From Patescibacteria group bacterium (GTDB taxonomy: Bacteria > Patescibacteriota > Minisyncoccia > Phycocordibacterales > Phycocordibacteraceae), in contig JBBTSZ010000002.1 in NCBI GenBank assembly GCA_038064495.1, forward strand, positions 152,934-216,933: a DNA stretch of 64,000 nucleotides, in the 5' to 3' direction. Under the pieces are notes generated by a model. The model was not told the origin of the DNA, did no database searches, and worked only from the letters and a program-made list of their open reading frames with translations. The position numbers were made by a program, and so were the translations under genes. Within the stretch, counting starts at the first letter, position 1. Every line of letters begins with the position of its first letter. Below are positions 45,331 through 53,971 of this stretch, piece after piece.

Positions 45331-47010
45331 ATGGTTCGCAGGATTCTAAAATCCTTATCAGCACCAGTACGCGGCCTTCATCAGGCCGCGTACTTGCTTG
45401 CAGCACTTACGCTCGCGTCGCAGGTGCTCGCGCTCTTGCGGGACCGACTCTTCGCGCATCAGTTTGGAGCAAGTAGTACGCTCGACTTGTACTACGCGGC
45501 GTTCAAAATCCCGGACGTAGTGTTCGCACTGGTAGCATCCCTCGTCTCTGCGTACGTACTGATTCCTCGGATTGCGAAAGCGGATACGGCGCATGCACGA
45601 AAACTGATTTCAGAGTGCGCCTCCTTCTTGATTATTGCAGGAGGCATCATCTGTGTGGTCATCGCCATCTTCGCTCCAGAGCTACTTCATCTGTTGTTCC
45701 CGACACTCTCAATGGGTAGTCATGAAGCTGACTTTGTTCTGCTGACGCGATTACTCTTGATTCAACCGATTCTACTCGGACTCTCAGGCATATTGACGAG
45801 TGTCACCCAGATTCATCGACGCTTCGTGCTGTTCGCGCTTTCACCGGTCTTGTACAACGTCGGTATTATCGCGGGAACGGTCTTCCTCTATCCACGGTAC
45901 GGCATTCCCGGTATTGGCATCGGTGTGGTGCTCGGAGCGATTGCGCACCTAGCTATCCATATTCCGATTGTGGTAGACGCTGGACTGTTTCCACGTCCGA
46001 GTGTACCGACGCCGAAGCTGATGTGGTCCGTGATTAAGGACTCCGTACCGCGCTCACTCGCGCTCGGGATGAGCTCCGTGATTACGCTCTTGCTCATCTC
46101 ACTTGCCTCAAGGGTGTCAGAAGGTTCAGTCGCGGTGTACACGCTTGCGAGTAATCTGGAAGCCGTACCCCTCTCCTTGATAGGAGCGTCGTACGCAACC
46201 GCGGCGTTCCCCGTGATGACGCAAATGATGAGCGAGAATCGGCTTGAGGCTTACAAGACAACGCTTACCGCTGCTGCTCGTCACATCATCTTCTGGTCGG
46301 CAGTTATCACGGTGCTCACGATTGTGCTACGAGCGTACATTGTTCGCGTGATTTACGGTACCGGCGCGTTTGATTGGAACGACACGCGTCTGACGGCTGC
46401 GGTACTCGCCATCCTTGTTGTCGGTCTGATGGCACAGGGACTCATCCTGCTCTCAGCCCGTGCCTTCTATGCGGCACAGCGTTCTTGGAATCCACTTCTG
46501 GTGCAGCTTGCTGATTGTGGTATCTCAGTGCTCGCGGCCTGGGGCATGCTGAACCTCGCTACAAACGTTCCGATGGTGCGGTACTTCGTGGAATCGCTCT
46601 TTCGTGTTGGGGACGTGCCGGGCACGAGTGTACTCTTTATCGCGCTTGGCGCGACGGTAGGGCAGGTGATTATGGGTACGGTTGCGCTCGGTACGCTTCG
46701 CACCGTAGCGAAGGGAGTCGCAGAGTCCCTCACTCGGCCAATGTTTGAAGGATTTGGAGCAGCCATTCTTGGCGGAGCTGCCAGCTATGGTGTCCTTTCC
46801 TTCATGGGAACACTCGCACCACTCACCACGCTCCCTTCGGTCTTTCTTGAAGGAGCAGTTGCTGGTATGGTGGGGCTAGCGGTGGCTGGTTGTGTGCTGT
46901 CACTTCTTGAAAATCAAGAGTTTCGGGATCTCTCAGAGTCACTCAGACGGCTCACCACTAAGGCGCTTTCGCCACATGGAGCTATCAACGACCACGCAGA
47001 CATCTCCTAG
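45331..47010 (+). CDS. murJ: lipid II flippase MurJ (MviN)
   Basis: 14-TM MOP-superfamily protein with MurJ-type N-terminus (LRDRLFAHQFGASSTLDLYYAAFKIPD). Confidence 0.8.
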   Translation: MVRRILKSLSAPVRGLHQAAYLLAALTLASQVLALLRDRLFAHQFGASSTLDLYYAAFKIPDVVFALVASLVSAYVLIPRIAKADTAHARKLISECASFLIIAGGIICVVIAIFAPELLHLLFPTLSMGSHEADFVLLTRLLLIQPILLGLSGILTSVTQIHRRFVLFALSPVLYNVGIIAGTVFLYPRYGIPGIGIGVVLGAIAHLAIHIPIVVDAGLFPRPSVPTPKLMWSVIKDSVPRSLALGMSSVITLLLISLASRVSEGSVAVYTLASNLEAVPLSLIGASYATAAFPVMTQMMSENRLEAYKTTLTAAARHIIFWSAVITVLTIVLRAYIVRVIYGTGAFDWNDTRLTAAVLAILVVGLMAQGLILLSARAFYAAQRSWNPLLVQLADCGISVLAAWGMLNLATNVPMVRYFVESLFRVGDVPGTSVLFIALGATVGQVIMGTVALGTLRTVAKGVAESLTRPMFEGFGAAILGGAASYGVLSFMGTLAPLTTLPSVFLEGAVAGMVGLAVAGCVLSLLENQEFRDLSESLRRLTTKALSPHGAINDHADIS

Positions 47011-47030
47011 ACAAGCCTGTTAAAACCACT

Positions 47031-47106
47031 CATCTGCGTTGTTACTCGCTTCGCTTAAAGCCTCACTGTACTATGAGTACACCTCAGCTTATCGCTCGCG
47101 AGCTCC
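47031..47106 (+). repeat. palindromic intergenic repeat, copy C, nested in a 14-bp perfect flanking IR
   Basis: CATCTGCGTTGTTACTCGCTTCGCTTAAAGCCTCACTGTACTATGAGTACACCTCAGCTTATCGCTCGCGAGCTCC; flanks CAAGCCTGTTAAAA (47012-47025) / TTTTAACAGGCTTG (47120-47133). Confidence 0.75.
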
Positions 47107-47197
47107 TGTCATATGAGGCTTTTAACAGGCTTGGTCCAAGTTACTTGCCATAAGTACTCCTTGTGGCAAGTATAGTTGGACTGACCAACGTTGTGTT

Positions 47198-48985
47198 ATG
47201 CATATCAGAAATTTCTCAATCATCGCTCACATTGATCACGGTAAGTCCACGTTGGCTGACCGTATGCTTGAGCGTACCGGTACGATTGAAGCTCGAAAGA
47301 TGCGTGATCAGGTGTTGGACAAAATGGATTTGGAACGTGAGCGCGGTATTACCATTAAAATGCAGCCGGCGCGGATGAAATATAAAGCGAATGATGGAAC
47401 CGACTACATTCTGAACCTCATTGATACTCCCGGACATATTGATTTCGCCTACGAGGTCTCGCGTGCATTGTCTGCAGTTGAAGGCGTGATTCTCTTGGTT
47501 GATTCCACGCAGGGCATTCAGGCGCAAACACTCACTACGCTCGGCATGGCGCGGAAAGCCGACTGCGTCATCATCCCCGTTATCTCAAAGATTGACTCAC
47601 CATACGCACGCTCTGAGGAAGTGAAGCTTGAACTTGCGGAGCTTCTTTCGGTTGAACCCGACACCATTCTTGCAGTGTCAGGTCGCACCGGAGACGGCGT
47701 TATCGAACTTCTTGAAGCAATCATTGAACGCGTGCCGGCGCCTCGAGAAGGGAGTGGAGAAGCACGCGCGCTTATTTTTGATTTCTCCTATTCAACACAC
47801 CGCGGTGTGGCCGTCTACGCGCGTGTGTTTGACGGAGCGGTTAAGAAAACCGATTTACTCCGATTTGGCGCAGCCGGTAAAAGATTCGCTGCCCTTGAAA
47901 CCGGTATCTTTATGCCGGACGAGCTTCCGACGGAAAAGCTTGAGGCGGGTGAGATTGGCTACATTGTGACCGGCATTAAGGAGGCGGGAGTGGTTGCCGT
48001 AGGAGACACTATCATGGCTGATAAGCCTGGTGTGATGCCCCTTTCCGGCTTTGAGCGCCCCCGTCCGGTGGTATGGGCCTCGGTGTATCCAGAAAGCCAG
48101 GACGACCTCGCAGACCTTCGCCAGTCACTTGAACGCCTCAGACTTTCCGACTCCTCGCTCTCCTTTGAAGAAGAATCATCCGGCGTACTTGGTCGGGGGT
48201 TCCGTTGTGGGTTCCTCGGTATGCTCCATCTTGAGATTATTACGGAGCGTTTGAAGCGAGAATTTAACCTCACGCTTATCGTCACTATTCCGACGATTGC
48301 ATACGTGGTCACGGATTCAAAAGGGAAGCGGGAAACCATTTACACCGCATCCAAGTTTCCTGCGTTCGGCGACATTCAGACGATTGAAGAGCCGTGGGTG
48401 AATGTCGTACTCATCACACCTCCTGAATCACTTTCCGGGCTTTTGCAGGCATTTCACGACCACGAAGGTGCGGTGAAAGATACTGAGACCCACTTGGACG
48501 GGCGTATTGAACTTGCCGCTGAGATGCCGCTTCGTGAACTCATGCGTGGCTTCTTTGATAAAGTAAAAAATATCTCGTCCGGCTACGCTTCACTTTCTTA
48601 CGAATTTCTGGATGAGCGAGTTGCGGATGTGGTGAAGCTTGAAATCTTTGTAGCAGAAGAACCGGTTCCAGCTTTTGCGCGTGTGGTAGCACGCAGACGT
48701 GTGGTGGAAGAGGGTGAACGTATGGTGGAGAAACTCCATGATATTCTTCCGCGCCAACAGTTTGTGCTTAAAATCCAAGCTCACGCACTCGGGCGCATCG
48801 TGTCGTCACGCTCCATTTCAGCCGTACGCAAAGACGTAACAGGCTATCTCTACGGAGGCGACATCACCCGAAAAATGAAACTCCTTGAAAAACAAAAGAA
48901 GGGAAAGAAGCGTCGTGGGGTGCATGCAAAGATGGAGATACCGCAGGAAGTTTTTATGAAAATGGTCCAAGATAGCGAACGATAA
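47198..48985 (+). CDS. lepA: elongation factor 4 (LepA)
   Basis: IRNFSIIAHIDHGKSTLADRML..., DTPGHIDF; full-length LepA including the C-terminal domain. Confidence 0.95.
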   Translation: MHIRNFSIIAHIDHGKSTLADRMLERTGTIEARKMRDQVLDKMDLERERGITIKMQPARMKYKANDGTDYILNLIDTPGHIDFAYEVSRALSAVEGVILLVDSTQGIQAQTLTTLGMARKADCVIIPVISKIDSPYARSEEVKLELAELLSVEPDTILAVSGRTGDGVIELLEAIIERVPAPREGSGEARALIFDFSYSTHRGVAVYARVFDGAVKKTDLLRFGAAGKRFAALETGIFMPDELPTEKLEAGEIGYIVTGIKEAGVVAVGDTIMADKPGVMPLSGFERPRPVVWASVYPESQDDLADLRQSLERLRLSDSSLSFEEESSGVLGRGFRCGFLGMLHLEIITERLKREFNLTLIVTIPTIAYVVTDSKGKRETIYTASKFPAFGDIQTIEEPWVNVVLITPPESLSGLLQAFHDHEGAVKDTETHLDGRIELAAEMPLRELMRGFFDKVKNISSGYASLSYEFLDERVADVVKLEIFVAEEPVPAFARVVARRRVVEEGERMVEKLHDILPRQQFVLKIQAHALGRIVSSRSISAVRKDVTGYLYGGDITRKMKLLEKQKKGKKRRGVHAKMEIPQEVFMKMVQDSER

Positions 48986-48995
48986 AAGAACTCCT

Positions 48996-49055
48996 TCTAC
49001 GTTGTTGTGGGCCCCGCTTGGCTCATCCGCCGTACTATGAGTACGTCTACTTCAC
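48996..49055 (+). repeat. degenerate copy E of the palindromic repeat family
   Basis: CTACGTTGTTGTGGGCCCCGCTTGGCTCATCCGCCGTACTATGAGTACGTCTAC shares the CGTTGTTG... and GTACTATGAGTAC blocks. Confidence 0.3.
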
Positions 49056-49122
49056 CAAACTGCCCACGCCTAGTATCTGGAATCCTTTTATCGTTCGCCG
49101 AGTGCGTTGGTATACTGAAGGC

Positions 49123-49479
49123 ATGCCACGCCGTATCAGTAGTAAGCGCGTCTCTGAATACGTCATTGCGGGACTCCTCGCACTCCTCGTTCTGTGGCTT
49201 TCCTGGCTTCTCTTTGGCATTGCACGGAAGGAAGAGATAGCGCGCCGCGCGGTTGCTGATACGAAAAGTGACTTGGCCTCACTTGAAGAGCGAAAAAACG
49301 TGCTGGAACAGAATATTAATGAGCTCAAGACTCCCCGAGGGGAGGAGGCAACACTCCGGCAGACCTTTGGAGTGGCAAAACCCGGTGAAAGCGTGATTAT
49401 TGTGGTGCCTCCGAAAGAAGCCACAAGTACGCCAATACTCCCATGGTGGCGTAAGGTTCTTGGTAGATTTGGTCTGTAA
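49123..49479 (+). CDS. FtsB/DivIC-like septum-formation initiator (TM + coiled coil)
   Basis: N-terminal TM then a heptad coiled coil (KSDLASLEERKNVLEQNINELK); function inferred from architecture only. Confidence 0.45.
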   Translation: MPRRISSKRVSEYVIAGLLALLVLWLSWLLFGIARKEEIARRAVADTKSDLASLEERKNVLEQNINELKTPRGEEATLRQTFGVAKPGESVIIVVPPKEATSTPILPWWRKVLGRFGL

Positions 49480-49528
49480 CGTTATCCACAATGCCTTGTG
49501 CTATACTCTCGAAACATAATTTACGTAT

Positions 49529-49798
49529 ATGGAACAGAAGCCCGTCACAATTTACACCACCCCAACCTGTCATTTTTGCCAGATGAGCAAGGAATTCTTC
49601 AAGGCAAATAATGTTGCCTACACCGAGTACAACGTTGCTGCCGACGCTGAGAAGCGCGCTGAGATGATTGAAAAGAGTGGTCAGCGCGGTGTACCGGTCA
49701 TCTACATTGGAGACGAGATGGTCATCGGTTTTGATAAAAAGCGTTTTGATGAACTGCTTGGTCTTGGAAGTGCACCCACTGCAACCGAAGTAGCATAG
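49529..49798 (+). CDS. glutaredoxin-like protein (NrdH/YruB type, CHFC)
   Basis: VTIYTTPTCHFCQMSKEFF...GQRGVPVIYIGDEMVIGF. Confidence 0.8.
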   Translation: MEQKPVTIYTTPTCHFCQMSKEFFKANNVAYTEYNVAADAEKRAEMIEKSGQRGVPVIYIGDEMVIGFDKKRFDELLGLGSAPTATEVA

Positions 49799-49811
49799 CG
49801 AACGATGAAAC

Positions 49812-49843
49812 AAAACCCGCAAGCTTTCCGCTTGCGGGTTTTG
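49812..49843 (+). terminator. intrinsic terminator AAACCCGCAAGC-tttcc-GCTTGCGGGTTTT
   Basis: Perfect 12-bp stem with T-tract. Confidence 0.75.
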
Positions 49844-49957
49844 TGCTAGTTTGTCTGTACGCCCTTGTAAGCAGCTCCATAGGAACGGACTGCTTGCGAG
49901 TTCCGCGTTTGGCGCAAAAGGATAGCATGTGTACATACCATCCTTTTGACCTCATTT

Positions 49958-50032
49958 GTCCTCGTAGTTCAATGGATAGAACAAGGGTTTCCTAAACCCT
50001 AGATCCACGTTCGACTCGTGGCGAGGACACCA
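49958..50032 (+). tRNA. tRNA-Arg (anticodon CCT), CCA encoded
   Basis: Acceptor GTCCTCG/CGAGGAC, anticodon stem AGGGT/ACCCT with loop TTCCTAA, T-loop TTCGACT. Confidence 0.85.
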
Positions 50033-50062
50033 TAAAACAAAACCCCGCGCCGAAGCGCGGGG
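50031..50062 (-). terminator. intrinsic terminator CCCCGCGC-cgaa-GCGCGGGG + TTTTGTTTTAT (minus strand)
   Basis: Downstream of the minus-strand gene 50106-50471. Confidence 0.65.
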
Positions 50063-50105
50063 CACGAAAGTCTGGTTTGGCTCGGGCATAGATCCACAGA
50101 GCAAG

Positions 50106-50471
50106 TTATTCATCATCAGCGCCAAGTATATCTGATATCGATTCACCCCTCAGAACTGTCGTCATGAGGCTCCCGACCTGTGCGCTAGTAGGTAGCTGGT
50201 CGGCTGATATCATGAGGCCTTCTGAGGCTCTTACAGGATTTAGTGACGTCTCAGGCATCGGGAGAGCAAAGGCCGCCGGACATTTAGGACAGATTACAAA
50301 TCCGCCGATGTGCCGAATAATTAAATTCTGACTTTCCTTATCGTAATGGAGGCGTGCTCCACGATAGATGTCATGACTTCCGCACTTCGGACAGCCGTCC
50401 CGCATACCATCGGTTACAGATTCAAGCGAGAATTCAGAAAGAGCATTGTTAACAGGGAATAGATTGGACAT
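50106..50471 (-). CDS. zinc-ribbon protein (two CxxC pairs), hypothetical
   Basis: AAGGAGG 7 nt upstream of ATG 50471; CPKCGSHD...CPKCPAAF. Confidence 0.55.
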   Translation of the reverse strand: MSNLFPVNNALSEFSLESVTDGMRDGCPKCGSHDIYRGARLHYDKESQNLIIRHIGGFVICPKCPAAFALPMPETSLNPVRASEGLMISADQLPTSAQVGSLMTTVLRGESISDILGADDE

Positions 50472-50666
50472 ATCTTCCTCCTTGATCAGCAGACACCATA
50501 TTATCGTGTCCACAGTCTCAAGGATGAAGTGTGCAGTTCCGCACAGTCTGCTCCCGAACAGTACCGTCACAGGCATAATTGTCAAACGGAGGGCGTTCCT
50601 GCCGAGGGCACAAATTGACGATTTGACCCAGTGGTATAATAGCCACATACCAATTTAGCGATAGAT

Positions 50667-51119
50667 ATGAAGAAAATAGTGAACACGACCAGTCGTTTTT
50701 TTTATAATCCAAACTTTGGACTCCTCCTCATTCGTGTGGCAGCGGGTCTCATCTTCCTCACACACGGATGGATGAAGATTCAGAATATGGAGCAGACCGT
50801 CATGTTCCTTGGTCAGCTCGGCATTATCGCACCACTCGTGTACTTCATCTCATGGCTTGAAGTTATCGGAGGTCTCGCACTCATTCTCGGTATCGCGACC
50901 AGACTCTTCGGTTTCTTGTTCGGTGTGGAGATGCTTGTCGCGACCGTCATGGTTGGGCTTGGACGTGGTATCAACATTGAAATTGTCCTCTCGCTTATTT
51001 CGTTTGCAATTGCGCTTACGGGTAGCGGAAAGTATTCCGTATACAAGATGGAATGCGATCACTGTAGTGGTCTACTCTGTAATGGAGCTGCGGGCACGTG
51101 CACCGTCCTTCCTAAGTAA
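50667..51119 (+). CDS. DoxX-family membrane protein with a Cys-rich C-terminal tail
   Basis: LLLIRVAAGLIFLTHGWMKI...LEVIGGLALILGI is the DoxX pattern; tail CDHCSGLLCNGAAGTC. Confidence 0.75.
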   Translation: MKKIVNTTSRFFYNPNFGLLLIRVAAGLIFLTHGWMKIQNMEQTVMFLGQLGIIAPLVYFISWLEVIGGLALILGIATRLFGFLFGVEMLVATVMVGLGRGINIEIVLSLISFAIALTGSGKYSVYKMECDHCSGLLCNGAAGTCTVLPK

Positions 51120-51121
51120 GC

Positions 51122-51433
51122 ATGGAGACGCAGGGCCAGAGCGGGGTGCCCTACGGGCATCTAGAAGAACTACTCAAAAAGAATCTTGAGGTTGCGGAAG
51201 CGAACCATAAGATTTTAAGGCGCATGGAGCGCAATGCACTCATCGGTTTTGTTGCAAAGATAGTTATTTGGCTCCTCGTGCTTGGTGTACCTATCTTCTT
51301 CTTGAGCAGCTACCTCGCTCCGCTACTTTCTGCAGTCTCCGGTGGTGCTCCGGTAGAGCCGGCGGGCATCTTTGGACTCCCGTCTGCAGAACAACTCCGG
51401 CAGATATTTGAAGCCTACCGGGCCCAAAAATAG
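51122..51433 (+). CDS. small hypothetical membrane protein
   Basis: 103 aa, one TM, followed by a terminator. Confidence 0.45.
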   Translation: METQGQSGVPYGHLEELLKKNLEVAEANHKILRRMERNALIGFVAKIVIWLLVLGVPIFFLSSYLAPLLSAVSGGAPVEPAGIFGLPSAEQLRQIFEAYRAQK

Positions 51434-51450
51434 CAAGCAGCAGCATTCCT

Positions 51451-51479
51451 AAAACCGCCTTTTAAACAGGGCGGTTTTA
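51451..51479 (+). terminator. intrinsic terminator AAAACCGCC...GGCGGTTTT
   Basis: 9-bp stem with A- and T-tracts. Confidence 0.65.
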
Positions 51480-51508
51480 GGCTATTATGGCCAAGTTATA
51501 GCAATAAC

Positions 51509-51583
51509 GCTTGGATAGCTCAGTTGGTAGAGCATTCCCCTGAAGAGGGAAGGGTCGGCGGTTCGAGCCCGCCTCCAAGCACC
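51509..51583 (+). tRNA. tRNA-Phe (anticodon GAA)
   Basis: GCTTGGATAGCTCAGTTGGTAGAGC..., anticodon loop CTGAAGA, T-loop GGTTCGAGCCC, acceptor TCCAAGC, then A-CC. Confidence 0.85.
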
Positions 51584-51586
51584 TAC

Positions 51587-52672
51587 ATGGAATTCCTCCA
51601 GCGTACCCTCAAATGGGCGGAGCGAAACGAGCGACATCTCGGCGCCATTGTTTTTGTGGCAGGTTTCGTCACAGACCTCGTTACGTTCGGTGTGCTTTCT
51701 ATTGCACTCGTTAATATTGCGTTCCTTGCCTATCTCGTGGTCGCTATTATTTGTACGTTCGGAACACATCTTGTTTCGCATAGGAGCGAAACCCCGACGC
51801 TTACACGACGCATTTCTTCCGTTATGTTCCCGCTTGTTGCGCAATACTCCATCGGTAGCCTGCTTTCTGGTTGTCTTATTTTCTACACAAAGAGTGCAAA
51901 CGTGTTTGCTTCCTGGCCGTTCCTGTTGTTCCTCGTTCTCATCTTTTTTGGAAATGAATACTTCAGAACGTATTATAAGCACGTAGCATTTCAAGTGGTG
52001 CTTTTGTTCTTTGCTATGTACGCATATGCCATTTTCGCGCTGCCGCTCGTAGTCAATCAACTTGGTCCGTGGGTATTTGTTTGCTCAACGGTTCTTAGCT
52101 GTGTGTCGTTTGCTCTTTTCCTCTACCTCCTTAAGCGAACCCGGCCTGAAGAGTTTAGAAAAAGTTTTCAATATATTCTTCCGGGCTCACTTTCGGTGTT
52201 ATTTCTTATGAACGTGTTTTATTTTACAGGAATCATGCCACCCATCCCGCTGACTCTTCCAGAGTCCGGCGTGTATCACTCCTTCGCTCGGGAGGATGGA
52301 AACTATGTTGTTTCAGCAGAAGCAGAACAGCCGTGGTGGAACGTGAGCGAGCATGTGGTGCATCATGTGCCAGGCACACCGCTCTATGCCTATAGTTCGG
52401 TATCAGCACCGGTTCGTTTCTCTACTTATATCGTGCACGTGTGGGAACGCTATGATGCTCCAAAGCAGAAATGGGTGGAACGCAGTCGGGTGAGTTTTAA
52501 CATCACCGGTGGACGTGATGGCGGGTATCGCGGTTATTCAGAACTGGCGGATGCTGAGGAAGGAAAATGGCGGGTGCGTATTCAGACACCAGAAGGCCAA
52601 ACCATCGGAAGACTATCATTTACCGTTGTTACGGTGAGTGAGGAACCCTTGCTCCACCTCGAGCAAAAGTAA
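51587..52672 (+). CDS. hypothetical polytopic membrane protein with a C-terminal soluble domain (possibly DUF2914-like)
   Basis: ATG 4 nt after tRNA-Phe; 6-7 TM then a ~130 aa hydrophilic domain; the ORF 5' extension into the tRNA is rejected. Confidence 0.5.
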   Translation: MEFLQRTLKWAERNERHLGAIVFVAGFVTDLVTFGVLSIALVNIAFLAYLVVAIICTFGTHLVSHRSETPTLTRRISSVMFPLVAQYSIGSLLSGCLIFYTKSANVFASWPFLLFLVLIFFGNEYFRTYYKHVAFQVVLLFFAMYAYAIFALPLVVNQLGPWVFVCSTVLSCVSFALFLYLLKRTRPEEFRKSFQYILPGSLSVLFLMNVFYFTGIMPPIPLTLPESGVYHSFAREDGNYVVSAEAEQPWWNVSEHVVHHVPGTPLYAYSSVSAPVRFSTYIVHVWERYDAPKQKWVERSRVSFNITGGRDGGYRGYSELADAEEGKWRVRIQTPEGQTIGRLSFTVVTVSEEPLLHLEQK

Positions 52673-52707
52673 AACAGCCCCGGAGGACTGATTTCCTTTG
52701 TGCTGCA

Positions 52708-53208
52708 TTATCCAGCTTTGACTCGCAGTTTTGTCTGACGTGTCTTATCTAGTTTTGGAAGCACGAGCGTAAGAAGACCATCTTTTGAGGAGGCAGTAGC
52801 CGTATCAACATCAATCTCCTGGGGCAGGAGAATCGTGCGAGCGAAGGAACCCCAAAAGAGTTCACGGTTGAAGTAATCCGTATCGGTCACCTGGTCGCGC
52901 TCGTCACGAGAGCCGTCAATCTCAACCATGTCGCGACTTATTGAGACGTTCATCTCATCGGCTCGTACGCCTGCAACAAACGCACGAATCACAATTTCGT
53001 TTTGTGTTTGATAGACATCTACGGGAAGTTGTCCCTCTGCTTTTTCTTCTTCCTGATGATAGGAGTCGTGGATGGCAGGAGCTACTGCTTGTGGTCCACG
53101 CGAAGCGCGAGCAGGTGCTACAGTCATCTCGTCTTCAAACGCATCATAGTCATCCGCTGGAAGCGCGCCGGAGAGTTTATCAAAAAACGATCGTTTTTTT
53201 GGAGGCAT
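52708..53208 (-). CDS. Hsp20/alpha-crystallin small heat-shock protein
   Basis: Alpha-crystallin domain (PVDVYQTQNEIVIRAF...LLTLVLPK). Confidence 0.85.
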   Translation of the reverse strand: MPPKKRSFFDKLSGALPADDYDAFEDEMTVAPARASRGPQAVAPAIHDSYHQEEEKAEGQLPVDVYQTQNEIVIRAFVAGVRADEMNVSISRDMVEIDGSRDERDQVTDTDYFNRELFWGSFARTILLPQEIDVDTATASSKDGLLTLVLPKLDKTRQTKLRVKAG

Positions 53209-53214
53209 AGGATG

Positions 53215-53940
53215 CTAACAAGTGTTTGCTGGTAATGTGCGATACCGGAAGTATTTCAGTATCTCGAAAAGTGCTAGGAAGACGACTGCACCCGACCACA
53301 CAACCGAAAACGCAGTCAGTGTTTGGGAGCCATCTCGCTGAATTATAAGGAAATTAAAGGACGCGTGCAATGTAATAGCAAGGATAAGTCCAACGAGCAT
53401 GGCTGCCGTGCGTATCCTTCGGCGCATGCGATACGTAAAGGCAAGGGCAAAGCCAACAATGGATGAACAGACAACATGTACAAGCGTGGAGCCAATAAAG
53501 CGAAGATTCTCGGTGGCAATACCATCGGCAAGGTGGCCCATCGCAATTGGTTGGATGAGGAAGAGCATGTTTTCAATTGCTGCAAATCCGAGCGCAACCG
53601 TAATCATGTACACGACAAAATCAACTGACTCGTTTACCTCACGTCGCCAGAGCACGAGAGCAGCAGCAACCAAGTATTTCAAAACTTCCTCAATGAAGGC
53701 CCATGCAAGAATAACTGAGCCACCTGGTGGTGGAAGCTCCTTTGGAAGAGAGGTAACTGCAAAATGTTCAAGCGGAAGTGCGAGTGGTACGGCGAGCATA
53801 CCTGCGAGAACGGCAATGATAATCACGTGCCGAGGCTCTGGACAGCGCGCATCTTCTTTCAAAAGGAAGTAGAGCCAGACAAATGCAGGGAGAACGCCAC
53901 CAATAAAGGCGTAGCCAAGAGTGACAGGACTGAATACCAT
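53215..53940 (-). CDS. prsW: PrsW-family intramembrane metalloprotease
   Basis: FIEEVLKYL (EExxK), GFAAIEN, HASFNF motifs; 6-7 TM. Confidence 0.7.
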   Translation of the reverse strand: MVFSPVTLGYAFIGGVLPAFVWLYFLLKEDARCPEPRHVIIIAVLAGMLAVPLALPLEHFAVTSLPKELPPPGGSVILAWAFIEEVLKYLVAAALVLWRREVNESVDFVVYMITVALGFAAIENMLFLIQPIAMGHLADGIATENLRFIGSTLVHVVCSSIVGFALAFTYRMRRRIRTAAMLVGLILAITLHASFNFLIIQRDGSQTLTAFSVVWSGAVVFLALFEILKYFRYRTLPANTC

Positions 53941-53971
53941 TCCTATATACTACAACACACTTGATGATGCC

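Noticed and set aside
49846-49957. Possible shared 20-nt motif upstream of tRNA-Arg (GCGAGTTCCGCG resembles GCGAGTACGC)
   Set aside because: Only 8 of 10 nt similarity, and no copy of the tRNA 3' end is adjacent. Judged to be chance.
51524-51586. 5' extension of the 382-aa ORF
   Set aside because: The extension is translated through tRNA-Phe (51509-51583). The real start is taken as ATG 51587, which gives the MEFLQR... N-terminus.
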